In this document: positions 26,677 to 40,965 of the stretch, one piece after another
Layout of the letters: every line of letters starts with the position of its first letter
How positions within the stretch are numbered: position 1 is the first letter of the stretch
Assembly (NCBI GenBank): GCA_951406725.2
Contig: OX597816.1
Location: 3,906,001 to 3,970,000 of the forward strand
From: Octopus vulgaris
Lineage: Eukaryota
Length of the DNA: 64,000 nt
Direction: 5' to 3'
Made by a program: the position numbers and the translations under genes
The notes under the pieces: generated by a model
The model's database searches: none
The model's input: the letters and a program-made list of their open reading frames with translations, nothing else
What the model was told of the DNA's origin: nothing

Positions 26677-28293
26677 CAGCAAAAGATTGCTCTACATTTT
26701 AAAAACTGATGTAATACATTGTTTAATAAAATGAAGTAGCATGAAACGATTGTACTACACTACCTTGGATACCCTTGCTGCTTATTTTGATTATACATAT
26801 ATATATATCTGTGTATATATAAAAAGCAGATATAAGTAGAGAGATAGATACGGAAGGAATGAGGTGTTGTAGAAGTATATGAAGTACAATCAATCATCTG
26901 TTTCTATGCAAGAGAGTAACACGAATAGAGAAGGAATGAGAAAGCGAGATAAGACAACTGATTCAATAGCAGAATAATGTTAAACCAGAATAAAAAAAAG
27001 AAAAAAAAAAACAGTAACAAACAAATACGTCTCCCCGGTGTCGCATTTGCAATCGATACAACTGAGATATTATATTCTGTGACATTCCCTGACAAATATA
27101 TAATTTTCTGTTGGAAAAGTAAATGCACAATTATAGCGAAACCGACTTTTAGCGCCAGCCACACAGAAGACTGAGCCTAGAAGACAGGTATCGATGGAAA
27201 CCAACACTGGAGAACTCTTAACAAAAAGTTGATCATATTTCGCATCGCAATTGAAGTATTGGGCCGCCGACAGTTTGAAAGAAGCATAGTTTGTCTCAGT
27301 CGCCATGTTGGCTTGTCATTTGACAGATTCATATTACATATTGACTTGGAGAACTGCTTCCTGCTGCTATCCTAAACGAGAGACAAGCACGGTGGTGTGG
27401 GAACAGCAGGTAGCGAGTAGGAATGGTGCAGAGAGAACGATGGTGGATGGTGAATGTGGAGATACATTGTAGTAATAGAGGAGAAGCTGATCGGATATAA
27501 GATTGAAAATAGCGACTCATTAAATGCACGCTGCAGATGCTACAAAACTCGAAATCAATAGAAAAAGCAAAGTCACCAATGAAATAGTCTAAAGAGGTTT
27601 TTTTTGTAAAAAAATGTTCTTTCGTACAACATCCATATCATTTCGAATATTTCCAGCTAGGTTATTGTTGACAACAATAACAACAGCAGCATTTTTTTCC
27701 CCAGAAATATCCTAAGTAACGAGAATTTTGCATAAAATAACTGGCTGTTTTCGCATATTTATTTATATATACAATTTTACGTTCTCCTTGGATCGTTCAT
27801 TTTATATCCGAATTCTTATTTTCTTTCACGTTAGCATTTTTATTTTGTAATTCTCTTCCACTTGACCCTCTTCTTTCTCTACAAACATTTCTGCAGATGT
27901 TTGTTCAAATGTATGTTCATTGCGTATGGTTCTCTGGTTGAGTTCATGTGTGTATATGTGCCGGCATCTACGTAAGTCTATACTGCTGATATGTTAATAT
28001 CTAAGAGAAAATTGAACGCAATCTGAATGGCAGGAAGTGTAACAGAGTTCCAATGCGAAAACTATCTTTGGTTGACGACTCTGCATATACATACATACAT
28101 ACATACATACATACATACATGGTGGCTGCCCCTTGTTATCGAGTATGGCCATTGCGCGAAGCTTAATCAATGTTGTTATCGTGCAATGCCTGTGCAAGAA
28201 GATTTTTTTTAAGTGAGGAAAGGCTGTGCACTGAGTCAATCCCACTCACTAAGCAACAGCAGTCATAATCCGAAAAGAAGAACAAGTCAACAT

Positions 28294-28463
28294 CATACAT
28301 ACATACATACATACATAAATACATACATACATACATACATACATACATACATACATACATACATACATACATACGTACGTACGTACATACATACATACAT
28401 ACATACATACATACATACATACATACGTACGTACATACATACATACATACATACATACATACA

Positions 28464-28492
<29 letters not shown>
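28294..28492. repeat. (TACA)n microsatellite
   Basis: Direct observation. Confidence 0.95.
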
Positions 28493-28493
<1 letters not shown>

Positions 28494-28494
<1 letters not shown>

Positions 28495-28692
28495 CTGGGG
28501 CTGGCCAGATTGGAGCAATCTCGAGTATAACAAGCCGAAATTGCAAAGATAATCTGGAACTCGACTGAGGAAAGAAAACTCCGAATGACGCGTCTTTGTT
28601 TTCTTCGCATCGTCTATCTGGATGTTTTGTTGTCCTTTTTTTGTATCACCTAACTGCCTGGATGTTTTGCGTTCTTGTCCCATTTTGTATTA
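28494..28692 (+). mobile_element. Family D element, diverged
   Basis: GGGGCTGGCC..AGCCGAAATTGC..GACTGAGGA..CGAATGACGCGTC..TTCTTGTCCCATTTTGTAT, then (TA)n. Confidence 0.7.
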
Positions 28693-28716
28693 TATATATA
28701 TATATATATATGTAGA

Positions 28717-29380
28717 AGGTTGTAAAGGAAAACAAGAGTTGATATATATATATATATATAAATGTGAAGGTGGAAGATGCTAAAATAATTTTATAAAAAT
28801 CATTTCAGTACTATCATACCACTCCTGCATTCTTTTATTATTCTTTCTCTTCTTCTCCTTCTTCTTCGTTTTCTTCTTCCTCTCCGCCACCTCCTTCCTT
28901 ACCCTATTACTACTGTTGTTTAGAATAACACCTACGCAAATATTATAAACAATACATTCAAGAGATATCTCAAGAATTCAATCGCTACTATTCCATAACA
29001 AGTCACTTTCGGGGCACTTGACCATTTAATACCCTACCTGTATCACAGTACTCCCACATTCATCATCATCATCATCATCATCATCATCCGCATCTTCTTC
29101 TTCTTCTTCTTCTTCTTCTTCTTCTTCTTCTTCTTCTTCTTCTTCTTCTTCTTCTTCTTCTTCTTCTTCTTCTTCTTCTTCTTCTTCTTCTTCTTCTTCT
29201 TCTTCATCATCTCCTTCTTCTTCTTCTTCTTTTCCAAAATTTAATTGCTTTCTATGCTTACAGTTGAAGAAGTCCCAATGACTGAAAGCGGTACTGAAAT
29301 GTTTTTATAAAATTATTTTAGCATTTTCCACCTTGACATTTTTTCCATATATATAGCAACTTGTGTTTTCCTTTTCAACC
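28717..29380. repeat. Inverted repeat with ~90-bp arms (28717-28811 / 29291-29380)
   Basis: GGTGGAAGATGCTAAAATAATTTTATAAAAATCATTTCAGTAC vs GTACTGAAATGTTTTTATAAAATTATTTTAGCATTTTCCACC. Confidence 0.85.
29261..29296 (+). ncRNA. Slightly degenerate minimal hammerhead motif
   Basis: CAG-TTGAAGA-AGTC-CCAAT-GACT-GAAAG-CG-GTA-CTG; perfect stems I and II, 2 substitutions. Confidence 0.6.
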
Positions 29381-29891
29381 ATGGATTGTTATGGATGGTG
29401 GGAATTGAAGTTGATTTATCGTCCAGTAAAGGTCGGCTTGCGGTATACGGATGTCCTGAATCCATACAGCTGCTTGTCTTTTTCCTTTTCCATACAGTGT
29501 AAAGAGAGCAATTATTCAGTACCTAAAACATCGTACAAAGAATATAAGTAGCAATCGTGACACACACCACGAAGAAATGATCAATCTCAATAACGATCTG
29601 CTAAGCAACAACAACCCCAAAAGTATACTATCCACTCTAATTATGAAGAAGAGAGAGGATAAGGTCAGTAAACTGACCACAGTCCGTCTACCCATTTTGA
29701 AAGGCATCTCCGAAAAGATACAAAAGATATGCGGCCCATATGACATCAGGACAGTATTCAAGAGTAATACAACACTGCGCAAATATCTCCTTCGAGTTAA
29801 AAAACCAATCGAAGAGAATATGACCAAGCACTGCATGTAATCCATCCCATGCAGCTGTGGTATCTTGTACAAAGACGAAACATGTTTTGAA

Positions 29892-29957
<66 letters not shown>

Positions 29958-30230
29958 GACAGGCTTCTTTCACTTCAAAATAAGGATAGACAAACATCGC
30001 AAAGCTGTGACATGAGGAGATATTGATAAATCGGGTATAGTTGATCATGTATGGAAAAATGGAGACCACCTACCCCTGTGGGATGAAGTTAAAATAATAG
30101 ACAGAGAACACTACTGGAAAATACGAAAACTGAAAGAAGCAACACATATGCTAGGACACAATAACCTCCTAAGCAGACCGAGTGCCAATATGAACAGCAT
30201 ATGGGAACCATATTAACGAAGGATAGGAAA
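29381..30230 (+). pseudogene. Second PLE remnant with an inverted 5' piece
   Basis: Minus 29381-29480 reads TSVYRKPTFTG*INFNSHHP. Plus strand reads LPILKGISEKIQKI..DIRTVFKSNTTLRKYL..SIPCSCG..Y..ET, then a (TA)n interruption, then KSGIVDHVW..WDEVKIIDRE..RKLKEA (GIY-YIG C-terminus). Confidence 0.85.
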
Positions 30231-30472
30231 ATATTAGATTTATAAGCCCTAAAACTCCATAATTGCCGATAATTGCATATGGCGTAGTGGTTAAGAGCCC
30301 GGCCTACTAACCCTAAGTTCCGAGCTCGATTTCAAGCAGTGACCTGAACAATGATGATGATGACCACAACAACAACAACAATAATAATAATGATGATGAT
30401 GATAATAATAACAATAATATTAACGTCGAAAAATACCTTAGGAATGAGAACCCAGGTTTGAAATTTCCCCAA

Positions 30473-30516
30473 GACACCTGATGAAGGCTGGAGGGTATAT
30501 CAACCGATACGTTGTA
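30473..30516 (+). ncRNA. Hammerhead motif in the PLE 3' UTR (GAAA mutated to GATA)
   Basis: ACAC-CTGATGA-A-GGCTG..CAACC-GATAC-GTT. Confidence 0.55.
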
Positions 30517-30688
30517 TTAACCACAAACAAGATGAGGACAAATATCCGTCAAATGTAAATGATGTAAATAATATATATATATATATATATACATATCTAT
30601 AATAAGATTAGCTCGTATACGAGTGGGTATATATTTGTAAAAAATGAAGTTTGAATATGCTGCTATATTAGACAAATTTTAATTTAAA

Positions 30689-30731
30689 TTTAACATGTTT
30701 CGGTTCTTGAAATAACGAACCTTATCAAAAA
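30689..30731 (-). ncRNA. Degenerate hammerhead motif
   Basis: Minus strand: TTT-TTGATAA-GGTTC-N10-GAACC-GAAAC-AT-GTT-AAA. Confidence 0.5.
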
Positions 30732-31602
30732 AATTTATATATAATAAAGAGAGTCCATGCTATATATTTAAAGAGTATGATGTAATAGTTCATAATTGTG
30801 ACATATATATATATATACACACCACTGCACGCGAGTATGTCTATGTATGTGTGTGTGTGCTTGTTTGTGTGTATGTGTGTGATTATTATTTCTGGTGTTG
30901 CCTTTTTGTATTGTCCTTATATAAAGAAGGGTCACATTATGTGCCTGATTGTTTGGTGTATGTAAGGACCACTGCACCGGCGTGTAAATATTTATGTGTA
31001 TCCCAGAGTAATACTATATCTGTGTGAATACAGCCAATGTTTTTCTCTTTCTTTTGTTTGCCCATATAAGCGAATGCATACGTACACTTGTGTAACCCTT
31101 TACATATACCTATGTACATGTATGTGTTCGTGCGCGCGCGCGTGTCTGTGCGATTGGGTGTGCATGCGTGTATTTATGATGTATGAGGATAAGTAGGTAT
31201 CCTTGTATGCAATGTCTTTTTGTCTGTGTGTGTATGTGTGTGTGTGTGTGTGTATTTATATATATATATGTATGTATATATATATATATATATATATATA
31301 AATATAAATATATATATATACATACATATACCAGCAAATACACAGACACGTATACATAGACACACATACGTATGTGTATGTGTGTGCCTGTGTGTTTAAT
31401 TATTCTCCGTGTACAACACGGAGACTATATCTTTTCTAACTCACGCCATCTTGTTTACATAAGAACCTTTTTTTTTCCTTTTAAAAGCGCTTGTTTGTTT
31501 CCATTCTCTATACTGATTAAAACACAATATCGATAGCTGTCGTCTAGTGACACTGTATGAGGTGTCTACGTAAATAATCCCATGATGGAACGAACAACTT
31601 TG

Positions 31603-31645
<43 letters not shown>

Positions 31646-32835
31646 CTGCTTATATTTCACAGTTTCCTGCAGCCTTTTATCATCATCCTGAGTCAGATAA
31701 TCATAATAGGTTTATCTTTAAACTTAATCATTCTGACAGCTCTCCACTGTTTTAGGATAAGGATTTTTTTTTTGTTTTTAATTTGGTTCCGATGATTGAA
31801 AATACCAAACAACCACTGATCTCTCAAAAATATCTTCAACTCAAAGAGAATTTCATCTCTCTCGATTGTCACTATTCCTTTCTCTCACCGTCATGTATTT
31901 ACTATGTTAAAGAGTGAGAATCTAAATGCAAAGCACAAGACATGGCGTTTGAACCGTTGTTCTTACTGGTATTTATGATTTAATCGTGTCATTGTTGAGA
32001 ATCAAAGTCGACTTAAGACGAAATGAGACCGCAAAGTAGATAACAGTAAACGGCAAACTACGCATGAGATTTCAACGAGAATCGACGAGAGTTTATTTTT
32101 GTCCAGTAAATGCTTAAACGAGTTGAACCCGATCGATACGAAAATAAAGAAGAACAAAAAATCGCATTACCGGCTGAAGAATCAATGTTTCGTTTCACGT
32201 TACGGACGTTGTTACGTATCTTGGTCTAATGCATTGGAACCGAAAATTACTTCAGTCACCTTGTTCCGAAAAGTTATTAATGGAAATCTGACTCTTTGGA
32301 GCAGACGAAGCAGAAGCGTGGGTTTGAGGTTGCTCTGCGTAGTAACCAAAATGGCCGCTGCCTTCCTTCAACATAATATACAGAATATTACCATAAATTC
32401 TCAGATTCACTATTCTTGATAAACACTTCAACAAAAAAAGTATGGTGTGCGCCTGTCCAAACCACCTTGTTAAGTGAAAAAGGCGATAACGTATAATCTA
32501 TACAAAGGCGCCATTAAAACTTGCTTAATTTCATTAGTGCCAAACCAATAACCCTCAAAAACATGGCAGGATTTTCAATCTTATCTGGCATATTTGTATG
32601 GATGTATATGAAGAGATGTCTTAACATTATTCAGAATGCGCACCTCACCCCCGTTCGTCACTATTCTTGATAACAACAAACGCATAATGTGCACCAATCC
32701 GAACCGGAATGGTAACTAAAATATAAAACGATGAATTCTTATCTGCATGAAGACACGCTTCCCACCCACCTACCTTCCCATCTTGTATTGAATTTGTCAT
32801 GTGCGGCTATGAAGAAATGTCTAAGCATTGTACAG

Positions 32836-33349
<514 letters not shown>

Positions 33350-33871
33350 TGAGGGCTTGCGTCGCAACAGTGCTTCGGTGCATCGATCATTTGGTGGTGG
33401 TTTCCTGCCCCTGGCGTATATCCCCTTAGCATCGTGGGTCTGTTTGGGTAGACGTTGCTGCGGAGGGCTTTACGAAGCCCGGCTGCCAATTCCACTTCAG
33501 TCTCTTATAGTCGCGTTTTACGACAGACAGACAGAAACGCTGGGTGTATTCTTTAGACATGCCGACCCCTATACGGTACTAGAGCAACGTGAAATGAAGT
33601 GTCTTTGCTCAAGAACACAACGTGCCATCCGTCCTGGAATCGAAACCACGATCTAGCGATTGTAGTTGAACCACGAAGCTACGCGCCTTCATCGAGTGTT
33701 GCAAAATAAATAAATAAATAAATAGAAAGAAAACACTCCAAGAGTCACTAATTTTGAGACACGTTTCAAGAATTGCTCAATGTGCATTGGTCCAGATCAT
33801 AATGGCAACAAAAACATAAACCAATAAAAAAATAACAGAATGAAGACGCCATTACCGCATGTCTGATTTCA

Positions 33872-34326
33872 ATACCTATTTCTTTACTACCCACAAGGGG
33901 CTAAACACAGAGGGGACAAACAAGGACAGACAAACGCATTAAGTCAATTATATCGACCCCAATGCGTAACTGGTACTTAATTTATCCACGCCGAAAGGAT
34001 GAATGGCAAAGTCGACCTCGGCGGAATTTGAACTCAGAACGTAACGGCAGACGAAATACCTATTTCTTTACTACACACAAGGGGCTAAACACAGAGAGGA
34101 CAAACAAAGACAGACAAACGGATTAAGTCAATTATATCGACCCCAGTGCGTAACTGGTACTTAATTTATCCACCCCGAAAGGATGAATGGCAAAGTCGAC
34201 CTCGGCGGAATTTGAACTAAGAACGTAACGGCAGATGAAATACCGCTAAGTATTTCTCCCGGCGTGCTAACGTTTCTGCCAGCTCGCCGCCTTTCTGCCA
34301 GCTCGCCGCCTTTCTGCCAGCTCGCC
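33872..34326 (-). mobile_element. Nin-like-domain SINE (family C), partial tandem dimer
   Basis: Minus strand: GGCGAGCTGGCAGAAACGTTAGC (A box)..AGTTCAAATTCC (B box)..GAGGTCGACTTTGCC.TTCATCCTTTCGG..ATAAATTAAGTACCAG. Confidence 0.85.
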
Positions 34327-34618
34327 ACGAAGCTTAAAGACAATGACTTCATTGTTAGTTCAACCATTGAAATAATTGCGGAACGAAAGCGCTAAGCAGT
34401 GGTGCGCATAAATACAGAACTGTTACCAGTCCAAACATGCTTCAGACATTATTCCAACCTGTAAGAAAGTCTTTCACTATATTTTGCAGTGGAGGAAATT
34501 TCTCACCTTAGACAAATAGATGTAAAGCCGTCAAGTCAGTTCACAGCGCCCCTGGTGGATGCATGCGATTTGAAGTGGTTATCACTTCTTCAGCAATAGT
34601 TATGTCCTCTTTAACAGA

Positions 34619-34846
34619 AATACCTATTTCTTTACTAACCACACGGGGCTAAACACAGAGAGGACAGACAAATGGATTAAGTCGATTATATCAACCCCAG
34701 TGCGTAACTGGTACTTAATTTATCGATCCCGAAAGGACGAAAGGCAAAGTCGACCTCGGTGGAATTTGAACTCAGAACGTAACGGCAGACGAAATACCGC
34801 TAAGCATTTCTCCCGGCGTGCTAGCGTTTCTGTCAGCTCGCCGCCT
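34619..34846 (-). mobile_element. SINE C
   Basis: Colinear with other family C copies. Confidence 0.9.
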
Positions 34847-35022
34847 TTCTTTAGCAGAGATACCTGTATAGGAATGGTCATCATCACTGTTGCCTCCTTC
34901 TCTCTCAAATGCCTTTGTTACACTCCCACCCAACCCCATTCTATCAGCAACAATACCGAAAATATTCAGAAACAAGAACAACAAAGGGTATATTTGTTAC
35001 CAGTTTTTTTCCCCACAGAATA

Positions 35023-35421
35023 TCCTTATATATAAAAGTAAGGTTGTGTGTCTGTCTCCTACGATTTAGATTCCTAGCTACTCCCACATTTTGCGGTGCA
35101 GTTTAACCAAAACCGGGTATCTTATAGTCGTGATTCATATCGAACCCTTCTGGGTATTAGCGCGTGTCTACGATGAGTCTACGATTTAAAAAAATATCTA
35201 CCATCATTTTTTTCCATTTTAATGCATTTTTTTCGCTATTATATAAGGGAAGTAACTCTCTAAAAATGTCTACGATGAGTCAACGATTTAAAAAAAAATT
35301 TACCATAATTTTTTTTCCATTTTTAATGCATTTTTTTGCTATTTTTTGGCTATAACTCTCTAAAAATGCTTATATAGTTATTTCCCTTACAAACCCGAGC
35401 AACGCCGGGCGATACTGCTAG
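35023..35421 (+). mobile_element. Non-autonomous Helitron
   Basis: A|TCCTTATATATAAAAG 5' end; 3' hairpin CCCGAGCAACGCCGGG followed by CTAG|T; internal ~100-bp tandem duplication; no TSD. Confidence 0.85.
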
Positions 35422-35904
35422 TCGACAATAATTTTCAATTAAATCTCTTTTCAATACAATAAGATATTCTGTTTGAATCTTATGGAATCGTATTCTTCGT
35501 GACTCATGTTTGTCAGTCACTTGATCGATGTATCGATACCTGTCGATAAAAGTCGATGTCGATTTTCCTGTAACCTTGGTGTTATTTTTCATGAAATATT
35601 ACTTTCTATGAATTAACTTTTTCCCAATTGATATTACGTCACTGTCTGACAACGTAGTCGGACGTGTTGCTAGTTAATTGTTTGAGCTGACTAATGAGAT
35701 AATTGATAATGATTTTTCCTAATTGACTGAACGGGTCTCCTTTATTTTCTCTATTAATGCTTTGGTTCGAATTTCTTTGTGTGTGAAAAACATTCTAACA
35801 TTTTGTTTGTCTTGCTTATATCTTTGAAAAGAAGAACTGAAATCGCTTCTATCACAACAATATTGGTTTGAAAATATGGCAGCAGGCCAGTAAGTTCAGG
35901 GAAA

Positions 35905-36070
35905 TGGGTAAGTCGACGGCATCGACCCCAGTGTCCAACTGGTACTTAATTTATCGATCCCGAAAGGAATGAAAAATAAAGTCGACCCCAGCTAAATTTG
36001 AACTCAGGACATAAAGACTGTCGAAATGCCGCGAAGCATTTTGCCCGGGCGCAATAACGACTCAGCCCCT
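35905..36070 (-). mobile_element. Diverged SINE C
   Basis: TCGACCCCAGTG..ACTGGTACTTAATTTATCGATCCCGAAAGG..AAAGTCGACC. Confidence 0.75.
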
Positions 36071-36139
36071 TCACAAGTTTTTAGTATCGGTAATACTGAT
36101 TTCAAATTTTGGCACAAGGCTCGGAATTTTTAAATTCTA

Positions 36140-36486
36140 AGTAGCCCATCCCGGTTAAAAGGTCCTTGAATAAGGTTTGTTTAAGGATGATGAATGAAAC
36201 ACCCATGTTTTTAGAAGTAAATTATTCAAACCCCAAATAACTCCTCTCAACACATAGATATGATGCTCCCCACTACTTTTGCTCATGATCAGAGATGCAT
36301 ATATTGTCAGCCATTACAGGACATGCGCAACTGGTTATGGTCAAGCAACCGACAAGCAAATCTGTGGTATTGAGCAGAATATTTGCCGTTGCCCTTCTTT
36401 TATACCAAGACAAAACACTGTCCATGATAACACTTCAGTTAAAATCAGAAGCCATGCGAGCCACTACCTGGTACTGCATCGGGGCG
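36140..36486 (-). mobile_element. Partial copy of element H
   Basis: Reverse complement of 47720-48075; abuts (ATC)n. Confidence 0.75.
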
Positions 36487-36505
36487 TTGTTATCATCACC
36501 ACCAC

Positions 36506-36548
<43 letters not shown>

Positions 36549-39500
36549 GTAATCATCATCATCATCATCATCATAACCACCGTTATTATCATCATTATCA
36601 TTGTTAATATTCATTTCAAATTTTGTCACAAAGCCAGCAAGATCGTGGTGGGAGAAAACCCTTTACATCAACCTCAGTTCTCAACTGGTACTTATTTTGT
36701 CAATCTCGAAGCGATGAAAGGTAAAGTCGACATCGGCAAGATTTGAACGCTGTATCCGTCCAAGTAACGACAGTGTCTGTTCGGCAAGATAACAGATTTT
36801 AGCATTACTCGGCCACTGATCGAGTGCTGCAAAGCAGTTTCGTTGTTTTACGGAATTGACAGGTAGTCACGGTTGACGGCACTTCTCTACCTTTAGAGTT
36901 TCATCGAACAGGTAATACTCTGCCGGTGTCCAATCTCTTTTCGAGCATATTGTGTAAATCCTTTAAGTTTATGTGAAGTCGAAACGGATCTGAAATATAC
37001 CGTCTGTTTGTTTACTTCATAGCAGCGTTACCACTCCCTGTCTCACGCAATCAGTGTGTTTGCCGCTAACTTCCATTATACGACTGTTAAGAAATGGCTG
37101 AGCAAATATGATATTAACCAACAAAGTTGGTAGGGAAGGCCACCCAGTCTTCGTCAAACATTTCCATTTCTACTATGATTCTCAACAAACTACTGAGGTG
37201 AAGCATCGAATCCGATAAACTAAGAAATGGTCGTTCGTCATTTTTGACGCTGCCATTTCAAGAGTGAAGAATTTTCTGACAATCACTTTAACGTTACTTT
37301 TAATTACTTTCCTGTCTAATATTTTCTGGTGCTAAAAATACTTTTATTGATTCTACTAAACCAGTTCGTTTGTCATTCCACTCTATTAACGAAATCTGCA
37401 ATTTCCATTTACCTGATTCCTGCTTTCATCTTCCCTCAATATTGTTATATCCTACATTCTGAAAGACATATCTCTTATACCCACCCAAACATTTTCTGTG
37501 GTAACGTCTTTGAACTTGATAAGAGTTCATGTGCTTTTTGAGGAATTTCAGATATTCATGTAGTCCTTAATGGCAGCCAAAATTATTTAGTGGTGTCTAT
37601 TCAATCTCCATCTCATTTCGATGTGTCTTCTTGAGCTTTGTTGTTTTATTTAGTAGAGATGTTGGACGTTGACTCAACAAATAAATGCCACTTTGGAATT
37701 TGCGGAGAAATCATTTTATTTCTTCCCTGATGTCCAAGGTACTTTTATTTCTTATCTTTGATTTTCTATTTCGTTTTTGGATTTGGTTTGCAAGATTCTT
37801 TATATGAATTCGTGTGTTGAAGCATATTCTGTTGTGTCTGGGGAGAGTAATTTCCTTTTGGTGCCTTATAAGTCACAAACTATTGAAAAACTATTGAAAA
37901 GGTTGCAAGACGCAACGAAAATTTCTTTTTCTAGTTCCTCCATTATTTTCACGTTGCCATTCAAACAACTGTAAAATTGAATCATTGTCGATGGATGGCT
38001 GTCATTTCGTGATGGTTTTGATCTCGCTCTTCTTCAAAGTCAAGTGACAATAAAATTTTTATCTAACCATTTTCTCAGTTGAGATCCATGGTGCTGCTAC
38101 TGCTGTAGTTTTGTTCTACATTGTTATAGTTTCCTTTTGGGTAGACCTGTTGCTTCTGTTACTTTTTATCTCTGCTGTTTTTAACCTTCTCTTCTGTTCT
38201 AGATTTAAAACCATTTGGACAGTTTTTACCACTAAACATGTTATCTGCCATCAATCTGAACTATTTCAATACTGAACTATCGACAAGGCAGACATATGGA
38301 ATGGTGGTACGTTCCTTAGATGTCATTAGAAATTGGAAGTTTATTTAGCTCCCACCCTTCCACAGACTCACTTGCAGATCGCTCATAGTTCCACCGCGCC
38401 GCCAATTTGTGCGTACCTGGATCAGTCATTGTTTAAAACATTCCCCCATATCTTCACCTCATTAGCCATGCTGTAATTATTGTACCCTTTACTTTCTAAT
38501 ATGTCGGCTCATATTCTTACGTCTTTAATGAGAGTACAGCCTCCTTCTCCTCTCTCTTTCTCTCTCTCTTCCTCTCTCCCTCCTTTCTCTCTCTCTGTCG
38601 ATTAAAATCAGAGCGAATTAGCCGCCATGGTTCAGTGTACTCTGACAACTACTTAATGATTCGTTTAGACACATTGTGATCAACGAACTATGATCTCATA
38701 TCTAACTTTCTCCGTCAGATGAATATAATTAATATAAGAAGAAATAGTCGTAAAATCCATCTTATTACAGGAAGATATCGGACGACGGACGTACCCTTAC
38801 GAGAAACATTTAATGTTATGGGCTGGATTATTGAGTAATTGACTCCAGGACAGAAATAACAATTAAAAATACTTTAATCATAAAGATTCTTTCATCTTTT
38901 AATGATTGGTTTACTTTGAAAATCCGTTGGGGAATTATTTTACCAACATTATTTCGAGGAGATTCTAGCACTATAATAGTTTCATTGAATCATCTGTATT
39001 CATTTATAGCTCTCTCCTTGTACGTATCTAGCCTTCTATCAAAACTGAGCAGGCTTTGGTAAAATTATAACGGTATTTCTTAAAGTTTAACTTGTGTCGC
39101 CCTAGTTCCAGTATGTGAGAAGTATCAAATCTCTTTTAAAAAAGAAAACTAATGATGCTGATATATTTTGTAAAATATACTTAATTATTGATATAACAAA
39201 CACAAAATTTCAACAAAATGCCAGTTCCTTTATTTTGACAAATAAAGAGATGTTCGCCATATTATCAGAAAGATTGAATCTGGAGGACTGAACAAGACTG
39301 AATCTTCTTGTAGGTAATCAAAAATAACATGGAATTTCTCTAAAAGAATAGACATGACCAAGAAAAACGATTTATGTTGCCACTGAAGTTAGTCATGTAA
39401 GGAATCGGGAGGTAGTAGTTTCCTTGAAGCCAAGATATGATTAAGTGCACACCATAATCCGTTCTTCTAAAAAAACATCTGACAACCTCTATTGCTATAC

Positions 39501-40965
39501 AATGTGGTACTATAAGCCTTATTGCTATAAAAAATACAATGCTATAAAGGAAAGTACTGTAAAATCTATAAAATGTAAACAGATTTTTATGTAGGTGCTT
39601 AACAATGTAGATTTCAACAGAACATTCTATAGGGGGAGAGAATATGTTTCACTTTGCTGCTAACTGCTGTCCAAAGCAACTGTACCGAAAATACTTTAGA
39701 ATATGGATTTGAATATGGAATGATTTAAAATGCAGGAAGGACATTTTAGCTACATCACCTTCTAGTTATTCCGTAGCCAAAGAAAATCGATAAATCGTAA
39801 GCAGTTTCGATGTTTTGTAGAATCTGGAATTTGTTTGGTCATATATTTTGGGTATCGATTTGAGATAGACCTTGACAAAAACTGTCAGACTAATTTAAAG
39901 CAGCAGAGGTTCAAGAACTCTGCTGTCATGATAAAACCCTGGTCTGTTTTCTGAAACACGTAAATTCATAAAAAAACAACCGGAAGTTATGTCAATCTCA
40001 ACCACCCAGTCGCAGAAAATGTTTGGACAGATATGAATGACGTTTCTCTCAGAATTATGGCTTCTGTGAAAATAACGACAGAAATGTCGACAGTGCTACA
40101 GAAGGAAAAGGTAATAAACTTTAATCTGTGTAAGTGGTTAATATCTTAAATATTCTTTGAAATCTCTTGAAACAATATCCCGTGGTGAGCGGCATGTGTG
40201 CTCATGCGTCTTGGTTTATTAAGGGCTGATTATCTGTAAAGAACAGCTGCTTTCTTAATGTGACAGATTACGAAAGTTCGATTTACGATATTTGATAAGT
40301 GCTTGCTTAAAGTTAGTCGCAATTTAAGCAGCGATAAACGATATTTATCAATCAGATATCCTCCATGTTGACATATTCCGATTTCCTTATGTCATTATGT
40401 GATGTTAGTCTATATGACGCATATTCCAAAATATTAAAGAAACTGTTTTCGGTGATAAAAACATTGATAATTCATTACTAAGAGATACAAATCTTTGTTT
40501 TAATGTCACTTTTTACATTTGTAGTAACTTCGTTGGAAAGTGACTTAGTATTGATTAAAAATCAACCAATTTTGTCTATGATTGTATTCTGAAAACAAAA
40601 TGAATAAAAATCTAACCCTGGTGAACGTTTAAAGCTAACATTCAGATATAAAACTATCGTGACTTTCATTGTATAGCTTCGCGTTCTGAGTTCGCATGTC
40701 GCTGGTATCAACTTTACATTTCATATTTCTGGGTTCCGTCAATTGGAGCATCAGTCACAACCTTGATCCGTCGTACGGTATGTGTTAGTAAAAGTGTTAA
40801 TAAGAGAAATAGGATGGGGCTTAAAATTGTTTAAGAAATATGGCCCTAAGACAATGCATGCTACGAGCCATCAGATGGTTCCAACTGGAATTTATTTATT
40901 GGTATTTTAGGGATGAACTCATCACTGCCTTCCCGCATTTTTAATCTTTGAATTATCTATTTATT

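Noticed and set aside
30279-30343. tRNA gene
   Set aside because: A-box-like TGGCGTAGTGGTTAAG is present but the B box and stems are degenerate; more likely a SINE head in the PLE 3' region.
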